The position numbers were made by a program, and so were the translations under genes. The notes beneath the pieces are model-generated. The model was not told the DNA's origin. It saw only the letters and a program-made list of their open reading frames with translations, and did not search any database. A DNA stretch of 64,000 bases from Candidatus Aenigmatarchaeota archaeon (GTDB lineage Archaea; Aenigmatarchaeota; Aenigmatarchaeia; CG10238-14; SCSR01): positions 738,038 through 802,037 of the forward strand of contig JAVZHQ010000001.1 in NCBI GenBank assembly GCA_038998335.1, given 5' to 3'. Positions 28,928 to 39,046 of this stretch are shown here, in pieces; positions within the stretch are counted from its first letter, which is position 1; every line of letters starts with the position of its first letter.

Positions 28928-29839
28928 TCACATGCTCCTCAGAATTCTTATGCGCTCTTCTATTGGTGGGTGGGTTGCGTATAACTTATCCAAAGGGCTT
29001 TTATTAGGGTCTACAAAAAATAAGTGACTAACTGCTTCACTAACTTTCATCTTCCCTTGATTTATTTTCATGATTTTCTCTAAAGCAGAAGCTAGACCTT
29101 CAGGATATCTCGTTAACTCTACTGCGCTCGCATCAGCAAGAAATTCCCTTCTTCTTGAGATTGCAAATTGAACAAGCCTAACAGCAATAGGAGCTATTAA
29201 AGCAAGAATTGCTCCTATTACAATAAGTAAAAGAATGCTTCCCCCACCTTTTCCACTTCTTCTATCCCTACTGTATAAACTATAACGAAGAGATCTTAGT
29301 AGCATGTAACTTAAAATAGCAACCAACCCAACCATAACAGCAACTATTGTCATAAACCTTATGTCATAGTTTTTGATGTGAGAAATTTCATGTGCGATTA
29401 CTCCTTCTATCTCATCTCTTTTTAAATTTTTAAGTAAACCTGTTGTTACTGCTATCGAAGCATTCTCAGGGTTTCTTCCTGTAGCAAAAGCGTTTATTTC
29501 CTCGCTTTCTATAATGTAAATTTTTGGTTTTGGTATGCCTGCAGCTATGCTCAAACCTTCAACAGTATTCACAAGATGAACATAATTTTTATCATTTTCA
29601 TCTATAGGCTTTGCGTTTGTTGCGGCAAGAACAACTTTATCCCCATACATGTAGGTTCCATAAGTATAAAGGGAAACAAAGAATAACGCAAAAACAAGAA
29701 AAAACAAGGAAAGTTCTGGTAGAAAAATCTCACCTATAATGTAGATTAAGGCGGTAAGGAAAGCAAAAACAATAAGAGCTAAAAGAAGAGAATTTCTTCT
29801 ATTTTTAGCTATCTGATCATAAAAGCTTATTCTTTCCAT
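28928..29839 (-). CDS. htpX: HtpX-like M48 zinc protease
   Basis: NAFATG, HEISH, SRRREFLAD, THPP. Confidence 0.93.
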   Translation of the reverse strand: MERISFYDQIAKNRRNSLLLALIVFAFLTALIYIIGEIFLPELSLFFLVFALFFVSLYTYGTYMYGDKVVLAATNAKPIDENDKNYVHLVNTVEGLSIAAGIPKPKIYIIESEEINAFATGRNPENASIAVTTGLLKNLKRDEIEGVIAHEISHIKNYDIRFMTIVAVMVGLVAILSYMLLRSLRYSLYSRDRRSGKGGGSILLLIVIGAILALIAPIAVRLVQFAISRRREFLADASAVELTRYPEGLASALEKIMKINQGKMKVSEAVSHLFFVDPNKSPLDKLYATHPPIEERIRILRSM

Positions 29840-30396
29840 CAGAATTCCACTTTAACTGGTTTTCTTTCTTCTTCTGTAATTTCAAAGTATTCTTTTGGCT
29901 TATCTTTTCCCATAATTTTTGCGAACCAAATGCCAGGAATTGTTGAAATTGTATTGTTAAACCTTAAAACAGAATCATTATAAAACTGTCTTGCATAAGC
30001 TATTTTATTCTCTATTCCTTCTAGTTGCTCCTGTAAAAGCTTAAAGTTTTCACTTGCCTTAAGCTTTGGATAATTTTCAGCTATGGCAAAGATTGTTTTT
30101 AAAGCTTTTGTTAGTTCACCTTCTGCTTTTACTCTTTCTTTTATGGTTGTTGCACCAAGCATTTTTTCTCTTGCTTCTGTAACCATCTTTATTGCTTCTT
30201 TTTCATGCTTCATATAACCTTTTACTGTCTCGACTAAGTTTGGTACCAAGTCCGCTCTTTTCTTAAGTTGAACATCTATTTGGCTCCATGCGTTATCTAT
30301 TCTGTTGGAAAGAACTATTATCTTGTTTATGTAATAAACACAAATTCCAGCTACTATAAGCACCAAAATTGCTACTGCTATTATAATTTCTATCAT
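29839..30396 (-). CDS. lemA: LemA family protein
   Basis: WSQIDVQLKKRADLVPNLV, ENYPKLKA, ARQFYND. Confidence 0.95.
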   Translation of the reverse strand: MIEIIIAVAILVLIVAGICVYYINKIIVLSNRIDNAWSQIDVQLKKRADLVPNLVETVKGYMKHEKEAIKMVTEAREKMLGATTIKERVKAEGELTKALKTIFAIAENYPKLKASENFKLLQEQLEGIENKIAYARQFYNDSVLRFNNTISTIPGIWFAKIMGKDKPKEYFEITEEERKPVKVEF

Positions 30397-30400
30397 CTTT

Positions 30401-30643
30401 TCACCTTTTGATAAAATAAAATAAGATTATTGCTAATATAAAGATTAAAGAGATTCCTAAGAGAAAGTAAAAAACTTCTTTTGAAGTTGTTAAAGCTAAA
30501 GGAAAAGGACCAATCCAAAATATAAAACCACCCTCTACTTTTGTTTGTTTAGTTTCCAATAATATTAAGAGAGCTCCAATAAAAACTAAAAAAATTCCTA
30601 AGGAGATCAAAAGAAAACCTAAAGGAATTGACCGAAATTCCAT
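30401..30643 (-). CDS. DUF131-like small membrane protein
   Basis: Two TMs flanking GGFIFWIGPFP. Confidence 0.8.
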   Translation of the reverse strand: MEFRSIPLGFLLISLGIFLVFIGALLILLETKQTKVEGGFIFWIGPFPLALTTSKEVFYFLLGISLIFILAIILFYFIKR

Positions 30644-30698
30644 TATTTATCTTTATGCTGTGCAAAGCTTATTAAACTAACAATCAATAAGAAAAAGT

Positions 30699-31772
30699 AT
30701 GAGAGCTTATATAGTTACAACTTTTATAGGAGTTTTTGGTTTAGACGAAAGTAATAATATACTTTCCTTCATTCCTTTTCCTAGGAATTTCGAAAAAATT
30801 GCAGAAAAAATTGTAGCTTGTGAGTCCGAAGTTATTGAAGAAGAGAAAAAAGTTCAAAATGAGCTTTCAAAAAAAGGTTTTACTGAGTTTGTTTTTTCTT
30901 TTAAGAAAGCTGGTGTTAAAACTGTAGAGACTGGAAATAAGGCAGAAGCTTTTATCAAGCAAAACCTCAAAAAATTGGCAGTAGAAAAAGGTTTTGTTAA
31001 AAATGAAATAGAATTTAACCAGTTTTTATCAAAAGTAGGCTCAGAAATCACAAAGTTAAGGATCAAAAAAGCTTTAAGTAAAGATAAGCTTGTTGTACAA
31101 GTTAACGGTGCTATAGAAGAATTAGATAAAACTATAAACATTTTTGTTGAAAGGATAAGGGAGTGGTATTCTTTGCATTTTCCTGAGATGGACAGAATTG
31201 TTAGTAGTCATGAAAGATACTTAAAAATAATTAAAGAGTTTGGCCAAAGAGAAAAGATAAGCGATAAAGAGTTGGCTCAGTTCAAAAATAAAAGTATTGG
31301 GATGGAATTTTCTCAAGACGATATAAAATCTGTTCAAGATTTTGCAGAAGTTGTGATTCGGCTTTATGAAGTAAGAGAAAGGCTAGCAAAGTACCTTGAA
31401 AGACTTTTAAAAGAAGTTGCGCCAAACTTTTCAGAATTAGCAACTCCTGTTCTGGCAGCGAAATTTATTTCCAAAGCAGGAAGTTTGGAAAAGCTTGCTA
31501 AGATGCCTTCTTCAACTATTCAACTCCTGGGTGCAGAAAAATCTCTTTTCAGGTTTTTGCATGGAAAGGGAAAAAGCCCAAAGTACGGTTTGCTTTTTCA
31601 ACATCCCTATGTTCAAAAAGCTCCGGCAAAATTGAAAGGAAAGGTTGCAAGACATTTGGCAGCAAAGCTAAGTATGGCTGTTAAAATCGATTTCTACTCA
31701 AAAGAGTATAAAGCAGATAAGCTAAAGAAAGAGTTGGAAGAAGAACTAAAGAAAATTTCATCCAAGGGTTGA
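30699..31772 (+). CDS. nop5: Box C/D RNP protein Nop5 (Nop56/58)
   Basis: REWYSLHFPE, PSSTIQLLGAEK, PKYG. Confidence 0.93.
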   Translation: MRAYIVTTFIGVFGLDESNNILSFIPFPRNFEKIAEKIVACESEVIEEEKKVQNELSKKGFTEFVFSFKKAGVKTVETGNKAEAFIKQNLKKLAVEKGFVKNEIEFNQFLSKVGSEITKLRIKKALSKDKLVVQVNGAIEELDKTINIFVERIREWYSLHFPEMDRIVSSHERYLKIIKEFGQREKISDKELAQFKNKSIGMEFSQDDIKSVQDFAEVVIRLYEVRERLAKYLERLLKEVAPNFSELATPVLAAKFISKAGSLEKLAKMPSSTIQLLGAEKSLFRFLHGKGKSPKYGLLFQHPYVQKAPAKLKGKVARHLAAKLSMAVKIDFYSKEYKADKLKKELEEELKKISSKG

Positions 31773-31776
31773 AAGA

Positions 31777-32445
31777 ATGGAGGCCAAACCTTACAAGTTT
31801 GAAGGAGTTTACCTGGTAGATAATAGGATTTGCACTCTTAACCTTACGCCTGGTAAAAATGTTTACGGAGAGAAACTGTTAAAAATAAAAGAAAAAGAGT
31901 ATAGGGAATGGATTCCTTCACGTTCAAAATTATGCGCTGCGGTTAAAAAAGGTATAAAGTACTTTCCTTTCAAAAAAGGAAGCAAGGTACTTTACTTAGG
32001 AGCAGGTACAGGCACAACAATAAGCCATGTAAGCGACATAGTAGGAAAAGAAGGAATAATCTATGCAGTAGAAATTTCTGAAAGACCCTTAAGAGATTTG
32101 ATAAGGTTGGCAGAAATCAGACAGAACATAGTGCCGATACTAGCAGACGCAAGGCTAACTGAAACTTATGAAAATTTTGTAGTAGAAAAAGTAGACGTAA
32201 TTTATGAGGATGTTGCAGACCCTGACCAAATTAAGATACTTGTGAAGAATTCGGAGAAATTCTTGAAACAGGGAGGAATCGCTGAAATAGCTATAAAATC
32301 ACAAAGCATTAGTTCGACAAAACCACCAAGAGAAGTCTATAGAGAGTGCTTACAAGAATTGGGCAAACACTTTGAAATTCTGGATAAAGTTGAGCTCGAC
32401 CCTTATGAAAAGTTCCATCTTTTTGTTGTCTTAAGGAAGCCTTGA
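31777..32445 (+). CDS. flpA: Fibrillarin-like 2'-O-methyltransferase
   Basis: VYGE, RSKL, VLYLGAGTGTTISHVSD. Confidence 0.95.
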   Translation: MEAKPYKFEGVYLVDNRICTLNLTPGKNVYGEKLLKIKEKEYREWIPSRSKLCAAVKKGIKYFPFKKGSKVLYLGAGTGTTISHVSDIVGKEGIIYAVEISERPLRDLIRLAEIRQNIVPILADARLTETYENFVVEKVDVIYEDVADPDQIKILVKNSEKFLKQGGIAEIAIKSQSISSTKPPREVYRECLQELGKHFEILDKVELDPYEKFHLFVVLRKP

Positions 32446-32556
32446 AGCTGGCTTAAGAAAACCACCCATTCTATTGTTAGCAACCCAGTTAACTCTCCAC
32501 TTAAGCATTTTTCTATCTTCCACAAGTTCAATTTCTAATCTTTTAATTACTTCCAT
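32431..32556 (-). CDS. Putative 41-aa small protein (absent from ORF track)
   Basis: MEVIKRLEIELVEDRKMLKWRVNWVANNRMGGFLKPASRLP; ATG 3 nt after the upstream stop. Confidence 0.4.
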   Translation of the reverse strand: MEVIKRLEIELVEDRKMLKWRVNWVANNRMGGFLKPASRLP

Positions 32557-32559
32557 TTT

Positions 32560-32760
32560 TTATCCCAATCTTGGAATAAAGGTTTTAGAGTATGAATCGG
32601 CCCTAAACTCAAGTAAATTTGTTTGGTTTTTTAATTTGAAAACAGTAGACTCAAGAAAACTTCTTCCACAAGTTTTACAAAATATTCTTCTCTCTCCAAA
32701 TCCATCAATAAACCTTAAAACTCTTCTTGAGTTACAAAGTAAGCACCTCATTTTTCTCAC
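32560..32760 (-). CDS. Small Zn-ribbon protein
   Basis: CLLC...CKTCGRSF. Confidence 0.65.
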   Translation of the reverse strand: MRKMRCLLCNSRRVLRFIDGFGERRIFCKTCGRSFLESTVFKLKNQTNLLEFRADSYSKTFIPRLG

Positions 32761-32867
32761 TTTTTAAAATTTAGTTTTAATTTATACATGGCTTTTGGAA
32801 CCTCACTTCCGATGATTCTAGAAAAAAAGCAAAAATTTGGTTTATTTTTTAAATTAAAAGCAAAAAA

Positions 32868-33920
32868 TTACTTTTTTCCAAAAAATCTTCCCAATTCTTC
32901 TATTAATCTCTTTTCAAAAATTTCCCTATTTTTTGTTTTTATACTTGCTCCAGCTGCGTGAGGATGTCCACCCCCACCGTTTAAACCTTTTGCGCATTTT
33001 TCCATTATTTTTCCTAGGTCTATTTCCTTACTCCCTCTATACCTTGCATGCACAGCATATTTTTTCCCAACTTTTCTTAAAACAACAAGAACTCTTTCAG
33101 GAAACCTACCAGAAAATTTTGTTGAAATAAGAGAAGTGATTTCTCTGTGTTTTGTTTTGATTTCTGAAATCAGAAGGTTTACCTCTTTATATTCCCTTAA
33201 ATTATCCCAAAAAATTTTTTCACATTTTTTTATCTTTTCTAGGTAGTTTTTAAGAGCTTTTCTCACAAATTTGTTTTCTTTGAATTCTTTTAGTGAATTG
33301 GATTTTTCTAACAAGCTAAAAGTTCTTTCAAAACCAATTTCACTTATTATTCCTACAAGTTTTTCTACTTCTTTCCAAACTTTCGTTTTTGGTATATCTT
33401 CTTTTTTCCTTATTTTCAACTCTTTGAGCAAATCTTTACAATCGTCAAGACCAAAATCACTTATAGTGCCTATAACAGCTAACCATTTCTCGTTTTTTAG
33501 GTCGAGAATTTTTGATAAAAACTTATAAGTTACATAAGATGCTGGTTGATAAATTTTTGGGGTTCTTAATCTTGGGTTAATGTAAACTATTTTTCTTGTG
33601 TTAAGGTTTTCCCTAGGAGGATGATGGTCTATAATCAACATATCCTTTCTAAGCTTGACTAATTCTCTTTTCATGTAAGAGATGTCTATGTCTAAGCAGA
33701 TTATCTTATCAAAAAACCTTACTTTTTTTGCAATTTTTTCAATTTCTTCGTTGGAAGATGCATATTTTTTGTCAATTCCTAAGCCAAGCTTCTTTAAACT
33801 TCTAACAAAAATTAAAGCAGAAGTTAAACCATCTAAGTCTTTATGATAAACAAGAAGAATTTTATCAGTAGGTTTAATCTTCTTGAGAAACAAAAAACCT
33901 TTTTTAAACAACTCTTCCAT
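32868..33920 (-). CDS. DHH family phosphoesterase (RecJ-like, DHHA1)
   Basis: HKDLDG, LD, IDHH, GGGHPHAAG. Confidence 0.92.
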   Translation of the reverse strand: MEELFKKGFLFLKKIKPTDKILLVYHKDLDGLTSALIFVRSLKKLGLGIDKKYASSNEEIEKIAKKVRFFDKIICLDIDISYMKRELVKLRKDMLIIDHHPPRENLNTRKIVYINPRLRTPKIYQPASYVTYKFLSKILDLKNEKWLAVIGTISDFGLDDCKDLLKELKIRKKEDIPKTKVWKEVEKLVGIISEIGFERTFSLLEKSNSLKEFKENKFVRKALKNYLEKIKKCEKIFWDNLREYKEVNLLISEIKTKHREITSLISTKFSGRFPERVLVVLRKVGKKYAVHARYRGSKEIDLGKIMEKCAKGLNGGGGHPHAAGASIKTKNREIFEKRLIEELGRFFGKK

Positions 33921-33921
33921 A

Positions 33922-34554
33922 TTATTCTTTTTTTTCTTCTGTTAATTTCTTTATAGTTTCTTCATCTAAAAGAATTAACTGTAAAGGTTGAGAAGGTTGA
34001 GAAGCTGCCTGTAGGTGAAATTCAATCAAAGAAAGTAAAGTGTCGCAGTAGTGAAATATAAGAGCTTCGAAGTTTCTTGGCGGCGTTGGTCCTGTTTCAC
34101 CAAAATGTGAAGCTACTATATGAATAACTTCTTCAGGAAAACCTTGATGGTAGAGTTCAGCAACTGCTAGCATGCTATGGTCTAATAAAATTCCTGTATG
34201 CTCTAGACCCCTTTCAGTTTTTCTATACTCAAATATTTTCATCAAGTCATGTAAAATTGCAGCAGCTAAAAGGTTGTCTCTATTTATAGAAATCCCGTAG
34301 TTTTTTTCAACTGTTTCAGCAACACTAAGACAAAGTTCTGCTAAAGCAATAGAATGGGTTAAGACATCTCTTTCTACTGTTATTTTTCCTGTACCTGTAC
34401 CTACAGTAAAAGTGCACCTAGCCTCTTCTATTTTCATTTTTGGGTATTTTTTGAAATCTTTATTACTAAGCCTAGGATTTTTAACAAATTCTACTACTTT
34501 TCTCCTTAGTTCTTCGTTCTTAATTTTTTCAGCTAGTTCTAACAATTTTTGCAT
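33922..34554 (-). CDS. HD domain phosphohydrolase
   Basis: H...LHD...H...SH...D pattern. Confidence 0.88.
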   Translation of the reverse strand: MQKLLELAEKIKNEELRRKVVEFVKNPRLSNKDFKKYPKMKIEEARCTFTVGTGTGKITVERDVLTHSIALAELCLSVAETVEKNYGISINRDNLLAAAILHDLMKIFEYRKTERGLEHTGILLDHSMLAVAELYHQGFPEEVIHIVASHFGETGPTPPRNFEALIFHYCDTLLSLIEFHLQAASQPSQPLQLILLDEETIKKLTEEKKE

Positions 34555-34562
34555 TTTTTCAC

Positions 34563-34850
34563 TTACCCAAATAATGCACTCAATCCTGCTACTGCTTCCT
34601 CAGCTTTTTTCTCTTCCTCTTTCTCTTCCTCAGCTTTCTCTTTTTTCTCTTCTGTAGCCGGAGCAGCTACAAAGCTTGGAGCTTGTTTTAATATTTCATC
34701 TATGTTTACTCCTTCCAAGCTTGCTACCAAAGCTTTTATTTTGTTTTCATCAGGAGTTAACCCTAAGGCTTGGAATATTTTCTTTATATTTTCTTCTGTT
34801 ATTGGAAGCTTGGCTGAGTGAAGCAGTAGTGCGCTATACACAACTTCCAT
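34563..34850 (-). CDS. rpl12: 50S ribosomal protein P1 (L12)
   Basis: VYSALLLH start, acidic tail, GLSALFG. Confidence 0.97.
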   Translation of the reverse strand: MEVVYSALLLHSAKLPITEENIKKIFQALGLTPDENKIKALVASLEGVNIDEILKQAPSFVAAPATEEKKEKAEEEKEEEKKAEEAVAGLSALFG

Positions 34851-35608
34851 TATTTAGCACCTCCAAATTTTTCCAAAGCCAAAGCATTTTGATAAGCTTT
34901 AATCAACAAATATTGAATGTTTTCTTTTGTAGGATAATTAATGTTTATAGAAAGATTTAAAGCTTGTTCAAAAGCTTCCTTTAACTTTTTTGGATAAACA
35001 TTAACTAACTCTAAAATTTCTTTGTTATATATTTTTCCCTTTTCATAGATTGAAACTAAGTTTAATCCAATTCTTATCGGTTGTACTTTTAATTTTCTTA
35101 AGACATTTGCTAAATCTTTTGATATTACACTACCTTTTTTAGCAACAACAACATCCTTTTTAACAACAATCTTTCCTTCCTCAACACCTACCGGAATACC
35201 AGCTTTTGAGAGTTCACTTATTGCAGGACCTGGAAGTAAAGAAGTTGGCCCTGCGCTTATTTTTATATCCTCACTTGCTATATCACCCTCCTTAGCAAAG
35301 GTTGGGAAGCTAAGCTTACTAATTAGAGAATAAATTTTGAAAGCTTCTTCGTTTGAAAGTAAGATTGCAGGCTGATTGGGAATGATTTTTTCAAGTTCTT
35401 CAAAATTCTGGAGGTTTAAATCTTTTAAAGCATTAAGCAAAAGAGATTTTTTTAAAACTTTGATAATTCCTCTTCCTCTTATTTCTTTTCTAATTTCTTG
35501 AAACTGTTTGCTCGGAAGTTTGAATATATCTATTAACCCAAGAATTCTATACTTTCTTATCATTTCCTTTAGTTCTTCCTTTTTTGCAATTTTTTCTTCT
35601 TTCACCAT
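34850..35608 (-). CDS. rpl10: 50S ribosomal protein uL10 (P0), short
   Basis: QEIRK, AKEGDIA...AGPT...PGP; position between L1 and P1. Confidence 0.95.
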   Translation of the reverse strand: MVKEEKIAKKEELKEMIRKYRILGLIDIFKLPSKQFQEIRKEIRGRGIIKVLKKSLLLNALKDLNLQNFEELEKIIPNQPAILLSNEEAFKIYSLISKLSFPTFAKEGDIASEDIKISAGPTSLLPGPAISELSKAGIPVGVEEGKIVVKKDVVVAKKGSVISKDLANVLRKLKVQPIRIGLNLVSIYEKGKIYNKEILELVNVYPKKLKEAFEQALNLSININYPTKENIQYLLIKAYQNALALEKFGGAK

Positions 35609-35610
35609 TT

Positions 35611-36228
35611 TTACACCTCAATTTTTATAGGCTTGCTCATCGTAAGCTTGAGCAAAACTTCACCTATATTTTGTTTACCTTTTGGTAATTTTGCCTTTAA
35701 AGCTTCTAAAACAGCTTCTATATTTTCTGCAATCTGTTCATCTTTCATGTTTTCTTTCCCAACTATACACTGAATTACTGGCGAATCCTTTATTCTTATT
35801 CTAACAGATTTTTTATAGTTTTCAACAAGCTTCTCTACATTTCCAACTATTATCTTTGGCATCTTTCCTCTTGGTCCAAGGAATTGACCAAAATACTTAC
35901 CAACTAAAGGCATAAGCTTAGGTTCAGCTAAGAAAAAATCAGTATTTTTGGCAAGCTTTCTTGCCTCTCTTTTATTCTTTGCAATTTTTTCTATGTCTGA
36001 GCTTGTTAGAACTTCAGCATTAACATCCTTTATCGTGTCAGAGAAGATAACAACTCTTGCTTCCTTCCCTCTACCATGAGGCAAAACTATATCTTCAGTT
36101 ATTTTGTTTTCAGGTTTTTTAGGGTCAAACTCTTTAAGGTTAATTATCAAGTCGAAACTTTGCTCAAAGTTTCTCTTCTTAGATTTTTCCCTTAACTCTT
36201 TAATTTTGCTTAATATTTTTTCTTTCAT
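35611..36228 (-). CDS. rpl1: 50S ribosomal protein uL1
   Basis: RNFEQSFDL, LPHGRG, LGPRGKMP, KLTMS. Confidence 0.97.
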   Translation of the reverse strand: MKEKILSKIKELREKSKKRNFEQSFDLIINLKEFDPKKPENKITEDIVLPHGRGKEARVVIFSDTIKDVNAEVLTSSDIEKIAKNKREARKLAKNTDFFLAEPKLMPLVGKYFGQFLGPRGKMPKIIVGNVEKLVENYKKSVRIRIKDSPVIQCIVGKENMKDEQIAENIEAVLEALKAKLPKGKQNIGEVLLKLTMSKPIKIEV

Positions 36229-36295
36229 TCAAACCTCCTGCCTAAGCAGTGACTAACGGTATATTTAGATATACACACAAAGCTTATAAAACTAA

Positions 36296-36754
36296 CTATT
36301 TTTTTTCCAAATTTTCAATCGCTAAAAGTATATTTTCTATTTCCCTTTTTAAGTAAAGATCTTGAATGTTTTCCATTCCTTTAACTAAAAAATGTTTTGC
36401 CTTGTAAATTAGGTAAGGATTTCTGTTTTTTATTCTCAAAGATTTAAGAAATTGGTCAAGATAAAGACTTGCATACTTAAGTTCAGTAAAAAGAAAGGCT
36501 TCATGGAAGTTTTTTTGTCCGTCTAACAATTCCTTAGTTTTTTCAAGAAAAATTAAGTTCAAGTTCCTGTAAGCTTCTTCATTTAAACTTTTGTAAAGCT
36601 CATCTAAATCTTTTGAAATTTTTAAGATCTCACTTTCCAGGTTCCTTTTTTCAATTTTTCTCTTTTTTAAAACACGAGAAAGAAATAACCATGTAACAAT
36701 ACCTAAAACTGAACTACTCAAACCAACAACAAAAAAGCCTGTAATTTCCATCAA
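36296..36754 (-). CDS. Hypothetical membrane-anchored protein
   Basis: N-terminal TM followed by a helical domain. Confidence 0.65.
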   Translation of the reverse strand: MMEITGFFVVGLSSSVLGIVTWLFLSRVLKKRKIEKRNLESEILKISKDLDELYKSLNEEAYRNLNLIFLEKTKELLDGQKNFHEAFLFTELKYASLYLDQFLKSLRIKNRNPYLIYKAKHFLVKGMENIQDLYLKREIENILLAIENLEKK

Positions 36755-36776
36755 TAATAAATTGGTTTTATAGAAT

Positions 36777-37274
36777 TTATTTTAAAAGATGGTCCCATTT
36801 TCCTTCATCGATTTCTTTTATTATTTCTTTTGGTCTCTTCCCTTCTACTGTAACAGCCATGCTGTTAGCTGTACCAATAACTTGTTTTACTGTATTTTTT
36901 AAATCCTTGGAGAGCATGCTTCCCATTTTTATTTTAGCTATTTTTATACATTGCTCCATGGTTAAATTTCCAACGCTTGTTTTTCCACCAGCTTTTTCTT
37001 CTTCAGTTATCTTTGCTTTATCTATTCCTAACTCTTTTTTAATTAAACTTGAAGTCGGTGGTAAACCAATTGAAATTTCATACTCTTTTGTCTCTTTATC
37101 TATGGTTATTTTCACAGGAACTTGCATTCCTTCATACTCTTTTGTTTTCTCGTTTATCTTCTTGAAAACTTCTCCTATATTAATCTTATAAACGCTAAGT
37201 TTTGGAGCAGTTGTCGGTCCAGGAGAAGCTTTTCCTCCCTCTACCATTATTTCAATAGTTTCTTTTTCTCCCAT
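36777..37274 (-). CDS. rpl11: 50S ribosomal protein uL11
   Basis: GGKASPGP, VPVKI, PPTSSLIKK. Confidence 0.96.
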   Translation of the reverse strand: MGEKETIEIMVEGGKASPGPTTAPKLSVYKINIGEVFKKINEKTKEYEGMQVPVKITIDKETKEYEISIGLPPTSSLIKKELGIDKAKITEEEKAGGKTSVGNLTMEQCIKIAKIKMGSMLSKDLKNTVKQVIGTANSMAVTVEGKRPKEIIKEIDEGKWDHLLK

Positions 37275-37279
37275 GTTAA

Positions 37280-37720
37280 TCATTTACCTGCTTTTTCTAT
37301 CATTTTAACAAACTCAACACTAACTGTTACTGGTATTGGCACAGCAACTTCTAGCAATTCTATCGTTACTTCTCTTTTTGTTTTATCATATCTTGTAACC
37401 TTTCCCTTTTCCCCTTTGAAAGGACCACCAATAATTTCAACTATATCTCCTTGATTGAGCTCGATTTCTACTGTTCTTGGTTCCAAAAACTTTTGAATTT
37501 CTTTAATTTCGACCGGAGCCTTAATTAATCCTCTAACATGTGGAATTGCTTGAACAGCTTTTTCTATATCTTTTATGTCCCCTTCAACAAAAACATAGCC
37601 TTTTATTTCTTCTGGATGGACTAAAGATTGAATGTTAAGGTTTTGAGTCCTAGCTTTTGAGGCTATAGCTTCCATTACAATATTTTCCCTTCCGACAACA
37701 GTTTTAACAGTGTATATCAT
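37280..37720 (-). CDS. spt5: Transcription elongation factor Spt5
   Basis: KGYVFVE (NGN) and GDIVEIIGGPFKGE (KOW). Confidence 0.96.
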   Translation of the reverse strand: MIYTVKTVVGRENIVMEAIASKARTQNLNIQSLVHPEEIKGYVFVEGDIKDIEKAVQAIPHVRGLIKAPVEIKEIQKFLEPRTVEIELNQGDIVEIIGGPFKGEKGKVTRYDKTKREVTIELLEVAVPIPVTVSVEFVKMIEKAGK

Positions 37721-37729
37721 TGCTATCAC

Positions 37730-37903
37730 TTAAAACGGAAACATCAAGGCTATCAAATATAAAATAAATCCTATAAAACCTATAAGAGTTATTCCTATAG
37801 CACAAATTCTTATAGTTGTTATAACTTCTTCACGCTCTGGCTTTTTACTCGCACTCAATACTCTTTTATAATTTTGAATAGTTTCTTTTATGTTAAGCCT
37901 CAT
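37730..37903 (-). CDS. secE: Protein translocase SecE/Sec61 gamma (absent from ORF track)
   Basis: MRLNIKETIQNYKRVLSASKKPEREE...GITLIGFIGFIL; conserved ftsZ-secE-spt5 order. Confidence 0.92.
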   Translation of the reverse strand: MRLNIKETIQNYKRVLSASKKPEREEVITTIRICAIGITLIGFIGFILYLIALMFPF

Positions 37904-37912
37904 GTGCATCTT

Positions 37913-39004
37913 CTAAATGAACTCTACTCCAAGTATTTTTTCTATATCCTTTCTTTCTTCTTCACTCCATGGCTTTTCTGGACCAAATATTTGAGGTGAC
38001 TTAACTCCTGTTATTATTAGCAAAGCCCTTACTGTATCTCCTAACTCTTTTGCTATTTGTGCTCCCCAAATTATTTTTGCGTCTGGCGATAACCTTGAGG
38101 AAACTGCCTCACAAACTTGTTGTGCTTCCCTTATAGTTATGTCTGGCCCACCCATAACGTTTATCAAAGCCCCTTTTGCACCATTTATATCAACTGTTAT
38201 TAAGGGATTGTTCAAAGCCTTTTCTACAGCTTCCAAAGCTCTGTTTTCTGTGTCACTTTCACCCATACCAATCATTGCTAACCCACCTTGAGACATTACT
38301 GCCCTTACATCTGCAAAATCTAGATTAACTAGACCAGGCTTAGTAACAAGCTCAGTTATCCCTTTTACTGCGTTTACTAAAATTTCGTCGGCAACTTTAA
38401 AAGCTGTAGCTATGCTAACATCCGGAACTATTTCTAAAAGTTTGTCGTTTGGAATTACTATTAGGGTATCGACCACACTTTCCAAATTCCTAAGTCCTTC
38501 TCTTGCGTTAGCCATTCTTACTTTTCCCTCCATGCTAAAAGGTAAAGTTACTACTGCTACAGTTAAAGCTCCCATTTTTTTGGCTATATCTGCAATTACT
38601 GGCAAACTTCCTGTTCCTGTACCTCCTCCTAAACCGCAAGTCAAAAATACCATGTCTGCTCCTCTCAAAGCTTTCTTCAAGTCTTCTTTACTTTCTTTTG
38701 CTGCTTCCATTCCTATTCTAGGGTCTGCCCCTGCTCCTAAACCACCTGTTAGTTCTTTTCCTATCAAAACTTTAACATCAGCGTCTGTGTAAAGTAAGTC
38801 TTGAGCGTCAGTGTTTACAGCTATTGTTTCTGCTCCAACTATACCAACTTGCATTAATCTTGTTATTGTGTTGTTCCCTGCACCTCCTGCCCCAACTACT
38901 TTTATCTTAGTCTTTCTTTTTTCTAACAAGTCTCTTATTTCTTCGTCGTAAGGAGTAACTTTTGAAGGTGCACCAGGCTTTTCTATTATTTGCTTTACAC
39001 CCAT
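37913..39004 (-). CDS. ftsZ: Cell division protein FtsZ
   Basis: GAGGAGNN, GLGGGTGTG, NLDFADV. Confidence 0.98.
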   Translation of the reverse strand: MGVKQIIEKPGAPSKVTPYDEEIRDLLEKRKTKIKVVGAGGAGNNTITRLMQVGIVGAETIAVNTDAQDLLYTDADVKVLIGKELTGGLGAGADPRIGMEAAKESKEDLKKALRGADMVFLTCGLGGGTGTGSLPVIADIAKKMGALTVAVVTLPFSMEGKVRMANAREGLRNLESVVDTLIVIPNDKLLEIVPDVSIATAFKVADEILVNAVKGITELVTKPGLVNLDFADVRAVMSQGGLAMIGMGESDTENRALEAVEKALNNPLITVDINGAKGALINVMGGPDITIREAQQVCEAVSSRLSPDAKIIWGAQIAKELGDTVRALLIITGVKSPQIFGPEKPWSEEERKDIEKILGVEFI

Positions 39005-39046
39005 ACAATCACTGATTAATTATTCTATGAAATTAAGAATTTATTC

